A stretch of DNA of 21,481 bases, taken from an uncultured archaeon. GTDB taxonomy: Archaea; Thermoproteota; Nitrososphaeria_A; Caldarchaeales; Calditenuaceae. Made by a program: the position numbers and the translations under genes. Shown one piece after another: positions 1 to 9,203 of the stretch. The notes below the pieces were generated by a model. It was not told the DNA's origin. It was given only the letters and a program-made list of their open reading frames with translations, and did not search any database. Location: positions 1-21,481 of the forward strand of contig CAKZUF010000004.1 in assembly GCA_937921685.1 (NCBI GenBank), in the 5' to 3' direction. How positions within the stretch are numbered: position 1 is the stretch's first letter; every line of letters starts with the position of its first letter.

Positions 1-29
1 GTGGAGTCAAGCGATTAGCACAAGAGGAG

Positions 30-1062
30 ATGGATAAGTTTTTAGAGGCTTTGAGGATGGGTTGGAGAAGGGCTATGGATACCATCGAATTTGGAAAATG
101 CTGCATGGAAATGGAGTAGAGATATCGAGGTCAACCGCAAGACGATATTATTATAAGATATTTCCTGAGTGGGTGGGGAGGAGAGGAGCATGTCTTGACA
201 GGACCACTAGGATTAGAATCTTCAGTGAGATCAAAAGGCTGCGGATGATTGGATACTCGTATGGCAGAATAATAGAGGCGATAGAGGAGATGTACGGTGT
301 CAGGCTAAGTAAGTCGTTTGTCAGTAGGTGGTTAAGGGGAATACGCAGCCCATTCAGCGGTCGTAGAATACCGTCAATCGACTTCTTGAAGAAGACTCCC
401 GATTGCGGATATGTTATAGGCGTTGTTGCTGGTGACGGGTGGGCAATTAGAAGCAGAGAAGGCGACATGTGGATAGGTAGCAAAGCAAAGGACAGGGAGT
501 TCATTGAGGAGTTCGCTGAGTCTTTGGAAAGGTTCTCGGAAGGGCGCCGCCGAGGCCGATACCGGTATGGAAGGGGTTATTCCGAGTAGCATTCAGATCA
601 AAAGTTCTCTACGAGCTACTTAAAAAGCCAATCAAAATTGACAGAATAAGGCATTTAGTGGAGCACTGCGAGGACTGCAGGAGGGGTTTTCTAAAAGGAT
701 TCTTTGACAGCGAAGGCACAGTAGACAAGAACGGGTCTATACTATGCTTCAGTTCTGATAAAAAACTACTCAGCTATGTCAAGAGGCTTCTCAGCAATTT
801 AGGTATTGAAGCAACCGGGCCACATCTATATACGAAAAGAGGAGCCACAATCTTTGATAAAAAGAGGAGCAAGACATATCGAGCAAGAAATGACGCCTAC
901 CGCCTCTACGTCAGAGCGCGAGGCAGACTGAGATTCCACCAGTTCATAGGATTTACAATCGGGCGAAAACAACGACGACTCGAAGAATACCTCACAAGGC
1001 GAAGACTACTACCGGCTACTCAGCCAACCAAACCCTCCCTACTTTCCTCTCTCAACCTTTAA
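30..1062 (+). pseudogene. Free-standing LAGLIDADG-family homing-endonuclease-like gene with N-terminal tandem HTH-like units, split over three reading frames; it may extend upstream of the window
   Basis: ORF 62..589 carries 'GYVIGVVAGDGWA' (LAGLIDADG motif 1). ORF 658..1062 carries 'GFLKGFFDSEGT' (motif 2). The frame of ORF 658 is already open from 520 and reads KVLGRAPPRPIPVWKGLFRVAFRSKVLYELLKKPIKIDRIRHLVEHCEDCRRGFLKGFFDSEGT, continuing '...EFIEEFAESLE' from frame 2. Upstream, frame 0 (ATG at 30, open from base 3) reads MDKFLEALRMG. Joined to frame 2 'EKGYGYHRIWKML' this parallels the second unit 'EIKRLRMIGYSYGRIIEAI'. Confidence 0.75.
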
Positions 1063-1201
1063 TCCCACTTCACACTCAAAATGTAGAATTTGTAGTGTAT
1101 TCTTGTGGATGTATGTGAAGATATAAAGCTAATCTAACCGGCAACCAGTATATTCAGCCCTTTAGCCAGCCTATTCCACTACATACACTGATGAATCATC
1201 C

Positions 1202-1210
1202 AAATATATT
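1202..1210 (+). promoter_or_regulatory. Candidate TATA box for the P-type ATPase gene (short-leader or leaderless transcript)
   Basis: 'AAATATATT' is centred about 32 nt upstream of the TTG start at 1238 in an AT-rich intergenic region. Sequence pattern only. Confidence 0.35.
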
Positions 1211-1237
1211 GGATGGGGTGTAGGGTGTATGTGAAGG

Positions 1238-3964
1238 TTGGCTGAAAGTCAGTACTCCTGGCATGCCCTCGAGACTTCTGAGTGTCTGAGGCTGCTGGGC
1301 TCGAATCTCGACACCGGTCTTAGTAGGGATGAAGCGGCTGAGCGGCTTAAGACCTTCGGCCCAAACGTGATTGAGCGGGGGAAGGGGGTCTCCCCTCTGA
1401 GAATACTTCTGAGACAGTTCCTAAACCTGATGATCATAATTCTAATCGCGGCTACGGCCATTTCGGCCCTCTTAGGCGAGGTCCTCGACTCGGTTGTGAT
1501 TCTTGTAATAGTTTTCTTGGCTGCGTTTCTGGGTTTCTGGCAGGAGTTCCGCTCTGAGAGGATTGTCGAGGCTTTGAAGAAGATGATGGCTCCTAGCTGC
1601 AGCGTCCTCAGGGACGGCGTTAGGGTCAAGGTGAAGGCAGAGGATGTAGTCCCAGGGGATATTCTTCTCCTCGAAGCAGGTGATAAGATTGTAGCCGATG
1701 CCAGGGTTGTGGAGTCGCATGGACTACAGGCCTATGAGGCAGCGCTGACCGGTGAGTCGATACCAATAGCCAAAACCCCAACTGCTCTTTCTGAGGACAC
1801 ACCACTTCCAGACAGGGTGAACATGGTCTATGCAGGAACAACGATAACTGCTGGTAAAGGCAAGGCGGTAGTCACCGCGACAGGAATGCGGACGGAGTTT
1901 GGAAGGATTGCTAAGGAGGTCCTAGAGATACGGGAGGAGAAGACTCCGCTTGAACGGAGGATGGAGGAGGTTGCGAGGAACCTGGGGAAGATAATCCTCC
2001 TGATAATAGCCGTGATTGCGGCTGTTGAGCTGGCAGAGCTCGCACTTCTTGGAAAAGCACTCTCGTATGACTTGCTGATAAGCGTCTTCATGTTCGCCGT
2101 CGCCCTCGCAGTAGCCGCCGTTCCTGAGGCTCTCCCAGCCATAGTGACTAGCACCCTCGCGGTGGGCATGTGGATGCTTGCGAAGAGAAACGCAGTTGCA
2201 CGGAGCATGACCGCGGTCGAGACGCTCGGATCAACCGAGGTGATATGCTCGGATAAGACGGGGACTATTACTAAGGGCGAGATGATGGTTAAGGAGGTCT
2301 TTCTGGGCGGGAGATTCTACGAGCTGTCAAACCCACAGGGCGCAGCCGAACTCAAGTCAGAGAGGTTGGAGGACAGGCTGCCGCACGACCTCCAGAGACT
2401 AGCATTGGCTGCGGTACTCTCCTCAGACGCTGTAGTCAAAAAAGTGGCAAACCGCTACGAGGTATACGGCGATCCAACCGAGGCAGCGCTCGTGTTGATG
2501 GCCGAGAGTTTCGGGGTAGACCATATACAGGCGCGGTCAAAGTATAGGAGGGTCTCCGAGATACCATTCTCCTCTGAGCGCAAGCGCATGACCACTATCG
2601 TATCCTCAGGAGGGCGTCTCGTGGCCTACATGAAGGGTGCTCCAGAGGTTGTGGTTGGGCTCTGTAGCAGGGTCCTCGTCGACGGCTCAGCTGTCGAGCT
2701 CACTGAAGAGTGGAGGAATAAGCTGTCAATTACTAACGAGGAGATGGCAGCCCGCGGACTGAGAGTGTTGGCGGTCGCAGAGAGGGGGCTCGATGGGCCC
2801 ATGTCCAGCTTTTCTGAGGAGGAGGTGGAGCGCGGGTTCACTCTGCTTGGGCTTGTGGGCATCATAGACCCTCCGAGGCCCGAGGTTAGGGAGGCGGTGG
2901 AGAAGTGCCGGCTGGCGAAGATAAAGCCGATAATGATTACCGGCGACCACCGTCTAACGGCCCTAGCCGTGGCCAGAGAGGTTGGTATCCATCAAGAAGG
3001 CGATCTAATAATAACTGGAGCAGAGCTTGCGAGGATGAGCGACGACGAGCTCGCGGATAAGGTCGAGAAAATAACGGTCTATGCCCGCGTGTCGCCCAGC
3101 GACAAGCTACGCATCGTGGAGGCTTGGAAAAAGCGGGGAAAGACTGTGGCCATGACTGGTGATGGAGTGAATGACGCACCAGCTTTGAAACGCGCAGACA
3201 TTGGCGTCGCAATGGGTCTGACAGGGACCGAGGTGACAAAAGAGGCCTCAGACCTGATCTTGCTGGACGACAACTTCTCAACCATAGTAAAGGCCGTCGA
3301 GCTGGGCAGATGGATCTACGATAACATTAAGAAGTATCTGGCTTATCTACTCCAAGCAAACTTCGTCGAGATAGCGGTGATCGCGATCTCGGCGCTCATA
3401 ATTTTACCCTTCTTAGGGGTTGGCGGTGAGGAGCTCCTACCACTCCTCCCCGTCCAGATACTCTACATCAACCTCGCGACAGATGGGCTACCGGCTATAG
3501 CCCTAGGCTTCACCCCGCCTGAGCCCGATATAATGAGGAGGGCCCCACGTCCGAGGGGTGAAAAGGTCTTTACCCGCGACATCAAGGAGTACTTGGTTAG
3601 GGCGCTAATAGTTGAGACGCCCGTCCTGCTTCTAGGCTTTATTGACGCCCTCCCACTGGGCATCGAGGCTGCCCGAAGCAGACTCTTCCTAATGTTCGTA
3701 TTCATCGAGCTGGCCGTAGCCATTAACACAGTCTCTCTTTCACAGTCGATCTTCAAGTTCCGCCCCCACAAGTGGCTCCTCGTCACAATACTCTGGGAGA
3801 TCACGTTGATAGCGATCATAACAATCATCCCCGTGACCCGTGAGGCCTTACACATAGTTCCGCCGGGCCCGAGGGACATTGCATGGATGGTGCTGGGAGC
3901 AATAGCAACCTTCACAAGTATAGAGCTGCTTAAGCGCTTTGAGATAAGCAGGCTCTACCGGTGA
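1238..3964 (+). CDS. P-type cation-transporting ATPase, type IIA (SERCA/Ca2+-ATPase-like)
   Basis: 908-aa ORF with the phosphorylation motif 'CSDKTGTITKGEM', hinge 'MTGDGVNDAPALKRADIGVAMG', TM4 'VPEALPAIV' and TM6 'LYINLATDGLPAIALGFTPPEPDIMRRAPR'. The N-terminus 'LSRDEAAERLKTFGPNVIE' matches the cation-ATPase N domain. Confidence 0.95.
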   Translation: MAESQYSWHALETSECLRLLGSNLDTGLSRDEAAERLKTFGPNVIERGKGVSPLRILLRQFLNLMIIILIAATAISALLGEVLDSVVILVIVFLAAFLGFWQEFRSERIVEALKKMMAPSCSVLRDGVRVKVKAEDVVPGDILLLEAGDKIVADARVVESHGLQAYEAALTGESIPIAKTPTALSEDTPLPDRVNMVYAGTTITAGKGKAVVTATGMRTEFGRIAKEVLEIREEKTPLERRMEEVARNLGKIILLIIAVIAAVELAELALLGKALSYDLLISVFMFAVALAVAAVPEALPAIVTSTLAVGMWMLAKRNAVARSMTAVETLGSTEVICSDKTGTITKGEMMVKEVFLGGRFYELSNPQGAAELKSERLEDRLPHDLQRLALAAVLSSDAVVKKVANRYEVYGDPTEAALVLMAESFGVDHIQARSKYRRVSEIPFSSERKRMTTIVSSGGRLVAYMKGAPEVVVGLCSRVLVDGSAVELTEEWRNKLSITNEEMAARGLRVLAVAERGLDGPMSSFSEEEVERGFTLLGLVGIIDPPRPEVREAVEKCRLAKIKPIMITGDHRLTALAVAREVGIHQEGDLIITGAELARMSDDELADKVEKITVYARVSPSDKLRIVEAWKKRGKTVAMTGDGVNDAPALKRADIGVAMGLTGTEVTKEASDLILLDDNFSTIVKAVELGRWIYDNIKKYLAYLLQANFVEIAVIAISALIILPFLGVGGEELLPLLPVQILYINLATDGLPAIALGFTPPEPDIMRRAPRPRGEKVFTRDIKEYLVRALIVETPVLLLGFIDALPLGIEAARSRLFLMFVFIELAVAINTVSLSQSIFKFRPHKWLLVTILWEITLIAIITIIPVTREALHIVPPGPRDIAWMVLGAIATFTSIELLKRFEISRLYR

Positions 3965-4066
3965 GAGGCACCAAAGATGGGTGGAGGATTTAACAAGCCG
4001 TATCCGCGATTACTGCTATATTGCTGACTTGTAGGGTTCTTATTGGTGGTTGAGGGAGCAGCACCG

Positions 4067-5659
4067 ATGTCGAGGCCGATAATTGGTCGAGGAACATGGC
4101 TGGACAGGGTGGCGCATAGGCTTGTGGAGAGGGAGAAGAGGCTTGGTAGGAGCCTAGACCTGCTCTTGACCGAGAGCGGAGTAGCGGCCAGCGGAATCCC
4201 ACATATCGGGAACCTCTCAGACCCCGCCCGCGCCTACGGGGTAACCCTCGCACTCCGCGGCCTAGGGTACAGCTCGGAGATGATACTATTCGTCGACGAC
4301 ATGGACGGGCTTCGAAGCATCCCCCAAGGTCTCCCAAAAGAGCTTGAGGAGCACCTCCTCAAGCCCGTCTCAAGGATCCCAGACCCCTACGGCTGTCACC
4401 AAAGCTACGCCGAGCACATGGTCTCCATGATGACCGACCCCCTCGACCAGATCGGGATCGAGTACAGGTTGTATAACGCCCACGAGGTCTATGGGAGCGG
4501 AAAACTAGCCGGGATTGCTGCGGAGATATTAAGCAACGCTGGGAGAGTTGGAGAGGCGATAAAGACCCTAGTCGGCCAAGAGAAATTTATGGAGCAGCTT
4601 CCCTACTACCCTGTCTGCGAATCATGTGGCAGGATATACACAGGCAAGGCGATCGAGTTCGATAAGGACGGCTGGAGGGTGAGATACGTGTGCAGCGATA
4701 TCGAGATAAAGAAGAGGATGCACCGGGGATGCGGCTACGAGGGCTGGGCGAGCCTAAAGAATGGGAACGGCAAGCTCCCGTGGAAGGTCGAGTTCGCCGC
4801 CCGGTGGAAGCTACTCGACATCAGATTCGAGGCCTATGGAAAAGACCTCATAGACAGTGTGAAGGTCAACGACTGGGTCTCCAGAAACATACTCAACTTT
4901 GAGCCGCCTCTGCACGTCAAGTATGAGCACTTCATAGACGCCAGTAGGAGGAAGTTTTCAAAATCCGTGGGAAACGTATTCACACCACAGATGTGGCTCA
5001 GATATGCCCCGCCGGAGACCCTCCTCCTGCTGATGTTTAAGAGAAGCGTGGGCACCCGGATAGTGACGCCTGAACTGATACCTAGGCTTTGGGACGAAGT
5101 CGAGGAGCTCGAAGACATATACTTCGGGAAGACTAAGATACCAGACGAGCGTGTCAGAGCAAAACTACGCGGACTCTTCGAGTATATCTACCTCCTGAGG
5201 CCGCCCCAGAGCCTAAGGGCACATGCACCCTTTAAGCTACTCGCCGAGCTTGGGTCTCTGGCCCCTGGCGAGAACGTCCGCGAGTTCGTGGAGAAGAGGC
5301 TTCGAAGATACGGATACAAGGTCGACGAGTATCTCCTCGGGAAGGCTGAGAAGGCGAGGCTCTATGCCTTGGACTTCGGAGCAGTCCCCCGCGTCAAGGT
5401 TCAGGTGGAGCTAGAAGAGAACGAGAGAGAAGCTATTCAGGCCTTGATCGAGAGGGCCGGTAGGGCGGTGGACGGCGAGGAAGTCCAAGCAGCAATATTC
5501 GAGGAGGCGAGACGCAGGGGCATTAATCCGCCACAACTATTCTCAAAGATCTACCTCCTCCTTCTGGGGAGGCCTAACGGCCCTAGGCTTGGACCTTACC
5601 TGTTTGATATAGGTGTAGATAGACTTCGAGAGGCCTTGGCAGATCTATCCTCGAAATAA
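4067..5659 (+). CDS. lysK: Lysyl-tRNA synthetase, class I (archaeal type)
   Basis: HIGH-type motif 'SGIPHIGNLSD', KMSKS-type motif 'KFSKSVGN', and length about 530 aa. The ATG at 4067 (MSRPIIGRGTWLDR...) is preferred over the TTG at 4043 given in the track. Confidence 0.9.
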   Translation: MSRPIIGRGTWLDRVAHRLVEREKRLGRSLDLLLTESGVAASGIPHIGNLSDPARAYGVTLALRGLGYSSEMILFVDDMDGLRSIPQGLPKELEEHLLKPVSRIPDPYGCHQSYAEHMVSMMTDPLDQIGIEYRLYNAHEVYGSGKLAGIAAEILSNAGRVGEAIKTLVGQEKFMEQLPYYPVCESCGRIYTGKAIEFDKDGWRVRYVCSDIEIKKRMHRGCGYEGWASLKNGNGKLPWKVEFAARWKLLDIRFEAYGKDLIDSVKVNDWVSRNILNFEPPLHVKYEHFIDASRRKFSKSVGNVFTPQMWLRYAPPETLLLLMFKRSVGTRIVTPELIPRLWDEVEELEDIYFGKTKIPDERVRAKLRGLFEYIYLLRPPQSLRAHAPFKLLAELGSLAPGENVREFVEKRLRRYGYKVDEYLLGKAEKARLYALDFGAVPRVKVQVELEENEREAIQALIERAGRAVDGEEVQAAIFEEARRRGINPPQLFSKIYLLLLGRPNGPRLGPYLFDIGVDRLREALADLSSK

Positions 5660-5679
5660 TTTGTTTCGCGCTGTAGTGT

Positions 5680-7128
5680 CTATTCTGCGCTAATTTGGCC
5701 TAGCCTAATGTTTCTAAGACGGGCAGAAGGTCCTCCGAGCCAGACTGGTATACCCTGCATAGGGTCGCCTTTACCGCAGTACCCGGCGTAGAATTTTAGG
5801 TCCTTACCGAGCGCGTCTATGGCTGAGTAGAGGGCCTGAGTAGTCAGTTCTACGACAGGCTGATAGACCATGGCGCCCAGCTCTCCATCCCTGATGAGAT
5901 AGGCCTCGACACCGACATATCTCTGATTCCACCGCTTATCATCTATGTTCCACTCCATGTAGCTCTTCACGTATACGCCCTCCCGGATATCCTCGATAAG
6001 CTCCTCAAATGTGTGGTCGCCAGGCTTCATGTATGTGTTCGCCATCCGGACTATGGGCTCCCTGTTATAGTTGTTAGCCCGGGACGCCGCGTTGCTCTTC
6101 ACACCAAACTCGGGGGCAGTCTCACGGTTGTGGAGTAACTCCTTAATCACGCCGCGCTCGATCAGAACCCTCTCCGAGGCCTTAACACCCTCGTCGTCGT
6201 AGAGGTAGTAGCCAAAAGAGCCGGGGAGCGTGGGGTCGTCGACGATTGTAACAAGCTCAGAGCCAATCCTTGAGCCCAGATGCTCCCGAGTGATGTACGT
6301 CTCTCCTGCCTGCGCCGCCTCTCTGCCCAGCATTCTGTCAGCCTCTCCAGGATGCCCCGCAGACTCATGACACACGAGGCCGATGATCTCGGAGCCCAGC
6401 ACCACATCCATCTTCCCTTTAGGCGGCTCAACCGCCTTCCTAACCGCTTCAGACACGGCTGCCGCCTCCTCAGCCATCGTATCATCTATCCTCCACCTCT
6501 CAACTGCCTCCCAGCCTCTCGACTCACCTAGGTTGAGAAACCTCTGAAGACACCTGCCTTCCCCGAATATCGTGAATATGCAGTTAAGGGCTGATAGGGG
6601 CTTGTCTAAGTAGACGTCAGCTCCGTCCGTGTTCAGGACATGTTTCTCTAGACGGCCCAGCGTCATCTCAAACACTCTGGAGACAGCTTTGACTCCCCTT
6701 CTCTCAGCAGCCTCGACGATCTCTCCATCAGCCATCCTCAGGAGCTCGGCTTTATCCTCCGTCGCAACGTTCTCATGCTTAACGCGGGGCCTAACTATGA
6801 CCCGCGCCTTCCCCATAACCTCGTCGGACATGGACACTCCCTTGGAGAGCAGCCTAGCCGAGGCTTTGGCAAGCTCTACAGCCCTCTTTACAGCCTCAGA
6901 AACACCCCGCCTAGTCAGGTCTCCTGTGGAGCTGAAGCCGAGGGCCCTGTTGTAAAGAACACGCACACCCACGCCCCGCGAGACAGTCCGAGCAGAAACG
7001 TCAACAACGCCATTCCTTAAAACGAATGTCTCACCAACGTGGTTTTCAAACCTAGCCTCTGCGTAAGAGGCTCCCAGCCTAGTTGCGGTCTTTAAAGCGT
7101 AGCTTAATAATTCCTCCAACGGCGCCAT
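5680..7128 (-). CDS. tldD: TldD-family metalloprotease
   Basis: 482-aa ORF with the metal-binding motif 'HESAGHPGEADR' (HExxxH), an N-terminus 'LLSYALKTATRLGASYAEARFE' typical of TldD/PmbA proteins, and a C-terminal 'YCGKGDPMQGIPV' segment. TAG stop at 5680-5682. Confidence 0.85.
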   Translation of the reverse strand: MAPLEELLSYALKTATRLGASYAEARFENHVGETFVLRNGVVDVSARTVSRGVGVRVLYNRALGFSSTGDLTRRGVSEAVKRAVELAKASARLLSKGVSMSDEVMGKARVIVRPRVKHENVATEDKAELLRMADGEIVEAAERRGVKAVSRVFEMTLGRLEKHVLNTDGADVYLDKPLSALNCIFTIFGEGRCLQRFLNLGESRGWEAVERWRIDDTMAEEAAAVSEAVRKAVEPPKGKMDVVLGSEIIGLVCHESAGHPGEADRMLGREAAQAGETYITREHLGSRIGSELVTIVDDPTLPGSFGYYLYDDEGVKASERVLIERGVIKELLHNRETAPEFGVKSNAASRANNYNREPIVRMANTYMKPGDHTFEELIEDIREGVYVKSYMEWNIDDKRWNQRYVGVEAYLIRDGELGAMVYQPVVELTTQALYSAIDALGKDLKFYAGYCGKGDPMQGIPVWLGGPSARLRNIRLGQISAE

Positions 7129-7445
7129 CTTCTTCCTTCTAAACCCTCACCCTCGTTACTAATATTTTCTTCCATCTTGTTCAGCGCGTTGTTAACCTTC
7201 CGCTGGATTCCGAGCGCACGCATCCTAAGCTCTTCAAACAAGCTGATCGTGGAGGGGGAGAGCCGCGGGTCGAGGAGCAGGTTCTCGATCGTCTCTATGA
7301 CCTCGGAGATGTTGTTTGCAACCATTTCTAGCCGAGAGCCGTTATTGACCTGCTCCTCGAAGAAGTCCACTGTATCTTTAAGCTCTTCGTAGATTCTGTG
7401 TATCTGCTTAAGCGCCGTCATGCATTCTAAAAAAGTCCGACTCAA
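7104..7445 (-). CDS. Hypothetical small helical (coiled-coil-like) protein, overlapping the tldD start by 25 nt
   Basis: 113-aa ORF from a TTG start (an alternative ATG gives MTALKQIHRIYEEL...). It has a heptad-like charged/hydrophobic pattern and no recognisable motif. The Arg/Trp-rich tail 'GRRWRRWRNY' lies in the overlap with tldD. The opposite-strand ORF 7177..7392 looks like a shadow. Confidence 0.5.
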   Translation of the reverse strand: MSRTFLECMTALKQIHRIYEELKDTVDFFEEQVNNGSRLEMVANNISEVIETIENLLLDPRLSPSTISLFEELRMRALGIQRKVNNALNKMEENISNEGEGLEGRRWRRWRNY

Positions 7446-7513
7446 GCTATAAGTCTTTCCTAAAGCAGCGTAATGGTTTAATAACCTATAGCAATCTACA
7501 CTGAGAAGCGGAG

Positions 7514-8248
7514 TTGGATAAAGTCACGGTAGCAGAGCTCTATCCCATGCTCTGGGAGGTTGTTAGAGGAATGGGGAGCTACAACAGCAAGCGCGACCTA
7601 CTCGTTAAAGAGATCTTGGTAAAGCATCCGAGGATTACTCTCGACGAGCTTGCGCTGCAGCTAGGGGTTCTGAGGGGGGAGGCTCTAATATTGCTGAGGA
7701 GCCACCGGCTCTGGTACTACGAAGTGGAGGAGGAGTTAGAACTATCCAAGAACTTCACTCCAATATACGATGTGGGCGCTCTGGGGGGCACATTCGACGA
7801 GCTCCACGTAGGCCATATCGCTCTTCTTAACACCGCCTTTAGACTCTCGAAAAAGGTGATAATTGGTGTCACGAGCGACGAGTTTGCATCGAGGTTGAGA
7901 AAGGAGGGGCGGGTATCGCCGATGAGGGAGAGGGTTGAGGAACTTAGTAGAACTCTAGATAAGTATGGATGGTTATCGAGGGCTGAGATAACTCAGCTCA
8001 ACGACCCCTATGGTCCTCTGTTATCCGATGAGAGAATCAACGCATTGGTGACAGGCCCCATAACGCTTGACAGGGCTGAAGAGGCGGCGAGCCTCAGAGT
8101 TTCGAAAGGCCTGCCGCCAGTATCGCTTGAACTCTCCCCCCTTGTTCTCGCAGAGGACGGGAGACCCATCAGCAGCACTAGGGTTAGGCTAGGCGAGGTT
8201 GACAGGACTGGCAGACTCATAGCAGGCCGAATACCAACAAGACAATGA
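7514..8248 (+). CDS. coaD: Archaeal-type phosphopantetheine adenylyltransferase (cytidylyltransferase fold) with an approximately 85-aa N-terminal HTH-like extension
   Basis: 'GGTFDELHVGHIALL' is the (H/T)xGH nucleotidyltransferase motif, and 'ISSTRVRLG' is the C-terminal ISxxxxR motif. The N-terminal 'ITLDELALQLGVLRGEALILLRSH' looks like a winged-helix/HTH. TTG start at 7514. The 3' end overlaps the convergent gene by 32 nt (8217-8248). Confidence 0.75.
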   Translation: MDKVTVAELYPMLWEVVRGMGSYNSKRDLLVKEILVKHPRITLDELALQLGVLRGEALILLRSHRLWYYEVEEELELSKNFTPIYDVGALGGTFDELHVGHIALLNTAFRLSKKVIIGVTSDEFASRLRKEGRVSPMRERVEELSRTLDKYGWLSRAEITQLNDPYGPLLSDERINALVTGPITLDRAEEAASLRVSKGLPPVSLELSPLVLAEDGRPISSTRVRLGEVDRTGRLIAGRIPTRQ

Positions 8249-9068
8249 TCGAGAGGATGATGGAGAGCGTAACAGTCTTGGAGCTGAGCTTGTAAAATTT
8301 TTTACAAGCCAGTCCAACGTATGAGACCAGCCACAACCAAGAGAACACGGTGGCCAAGGCGCTCCAGGGCTCGCGGCTCAGAACCGGCTCACTCACGAAA
8401 CTGTAGCCGCTAAACTCTATCCGGTCCCATGAAAGCCTCTCAACCAGTATATCGCCCAAGCTTACAATCTGGTCAGAGACCCTAGCGGTTGCAGACTCTA
8501 TGAGGAGGGGGTGAGCGGGGTTTGAGGCGTTGTATACTAGCCGTGGAGACCGTAAGACCTGCACAGTAATCGTCAATGCCGACTCACTAGACCGCAGCAT
8601 TCCATCTATTCGCGCGTTCTCAAGCTTGACCTCGCTGACCTCCGCGTAGGTTATAGCCACATCGGTGGATGGCGATGGAATTAGGATGGGGAGTAGAAGC
8701 AGTGTCGCCACCGTGAAGGCGAAAAAGCCGTGCATAGTAGAGCTAAAAACTGGTATCAGGCTCCTCTTCTCCCTCCCCTTCAAATAAACGGTAATAGAGA
8801 ATACGCCGATAACCGCTAGAAACCCCATGCTCAGATATAGTGTAGCCAAAAAGACGGCCTCGGGGGCCTCGGTAATAGGAGGACGTGGCAGCTCTATTCC
8901 AGGTGAAGCGTAATCGACCCGCAGCTTCTCTGAGACGTAGTAAACAGAGGAGGCGATATGAGAGAGTAGGGCTGACAATAATATTATGACGCCTCTCCTA
9001 AACCTCGGATTCCCAGACATGGCCTCCGCTAGAGACAGCGGGTCAACAATTTCTCTAACACCCTTCAC
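8217..9068 (-). CDS. Hypothetical integral membrane protein
   Basis: 283-aa ORF (GTG at 9068; alternative ATG at about 9020 giving MSGNPRF...). It has several hydrophobic helices ('VIILLSALLSHIASSVYYV', 'AVFLATLYLSMGFLAVIGVFSITVYL', 'FFAFTVATLLLLPILIP', 'LSIILSIIVLLVFGLL') around a roughly 100-aa soluble segment. No recognisable family. Confidence 0.55.
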   Translation of the reverse strand: MKGVREIVDPLSLAEAMSGNPRFRRGVIILLSALLSHIASSVYYVSEKLRVDYASPGIELPRPPITEAPEAVFLATLYLSMGFLAVIGVFSITVYLKGREKRSLIPVFSSTMHGFFAFTVATLLLLPILIPSPSTDVAITYAEVSEVKLENARIDGMLRSSESALTITVQVLRSPRLVYNASNPAHPLLIESATARVSDQIVSLGDILVERLSWDRIEFSGYSFVSEPVLSREPWSALATVFSWLWLVSYVGLACKKFYKLSSKTVTLSIILSIIVLLVFGLL

Positions 9069-9203
9069 GTCGACACCACTTCGATCAGCAACTCTCCACC
9101 TCTGCCCCTACTCTAAAATCTTCCCATAGCATAGGGCGACACAGATAAAAGTAGCGTTCACGTCCCCACATTCTAAAGAATAGGCGAGACGTTGTAGTGT
9201 TAT

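Noticed and set aside
1110-1236. 11-bp direct repeat TGTATGTGAAG (1110-1120 and 1226-1236) downstream of the LAGLIDADG gene, considered as a target-site duplication
   Set aside because: An 11-mer repeat at this spacing is close to chance expectation for a window of this size. The repeats do not flank the endonuclease gene.
1188-1244. C/D-box sRNA-like spacing: 'CTGATGA' at 1188-1194 and 'CTGA' at 1241-1244, about 56 nt apart
   Set aside because: The first C-box position is not a purine, there are no credible D'/C' boxes, and there is no terminal stem. The D box lies inside the ATPase start region and the TATA-like box sits between the two elements.
1249-3915. Numerous minus-strand ORFs of 68-150 aa inside the P-type ATPase gene (for example 1249..1629, 1828..2208, 2937..3281, 3463..3915)
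   Set aside because: They are antisense shadows of a strongly supported 908-aa CDS. Their translations are Ser/Arg/Pro/Ala-rich low-complexity sequence with no motifs.
3990-4337. 115-aa minus-strand ORF overlapping the lysK 5' region
   Set aside because: It has Arg/Gly/Ser/Pro-rich composition typical of an antisense frame in GC-rich coding DNA, and it conflicts with the well-supported lysK.
4690-7020. Alternative-frame and antisense ORFs within lysK and tldD (4690..4902, 4834..5118, 5223..5414, 6162..6485, 6280..6531, 6629..6955, 6775..7020)
   Set aside because: All are nested in CDSs that carry clear catalytic motifs, and none has a recognisable motif of its own.
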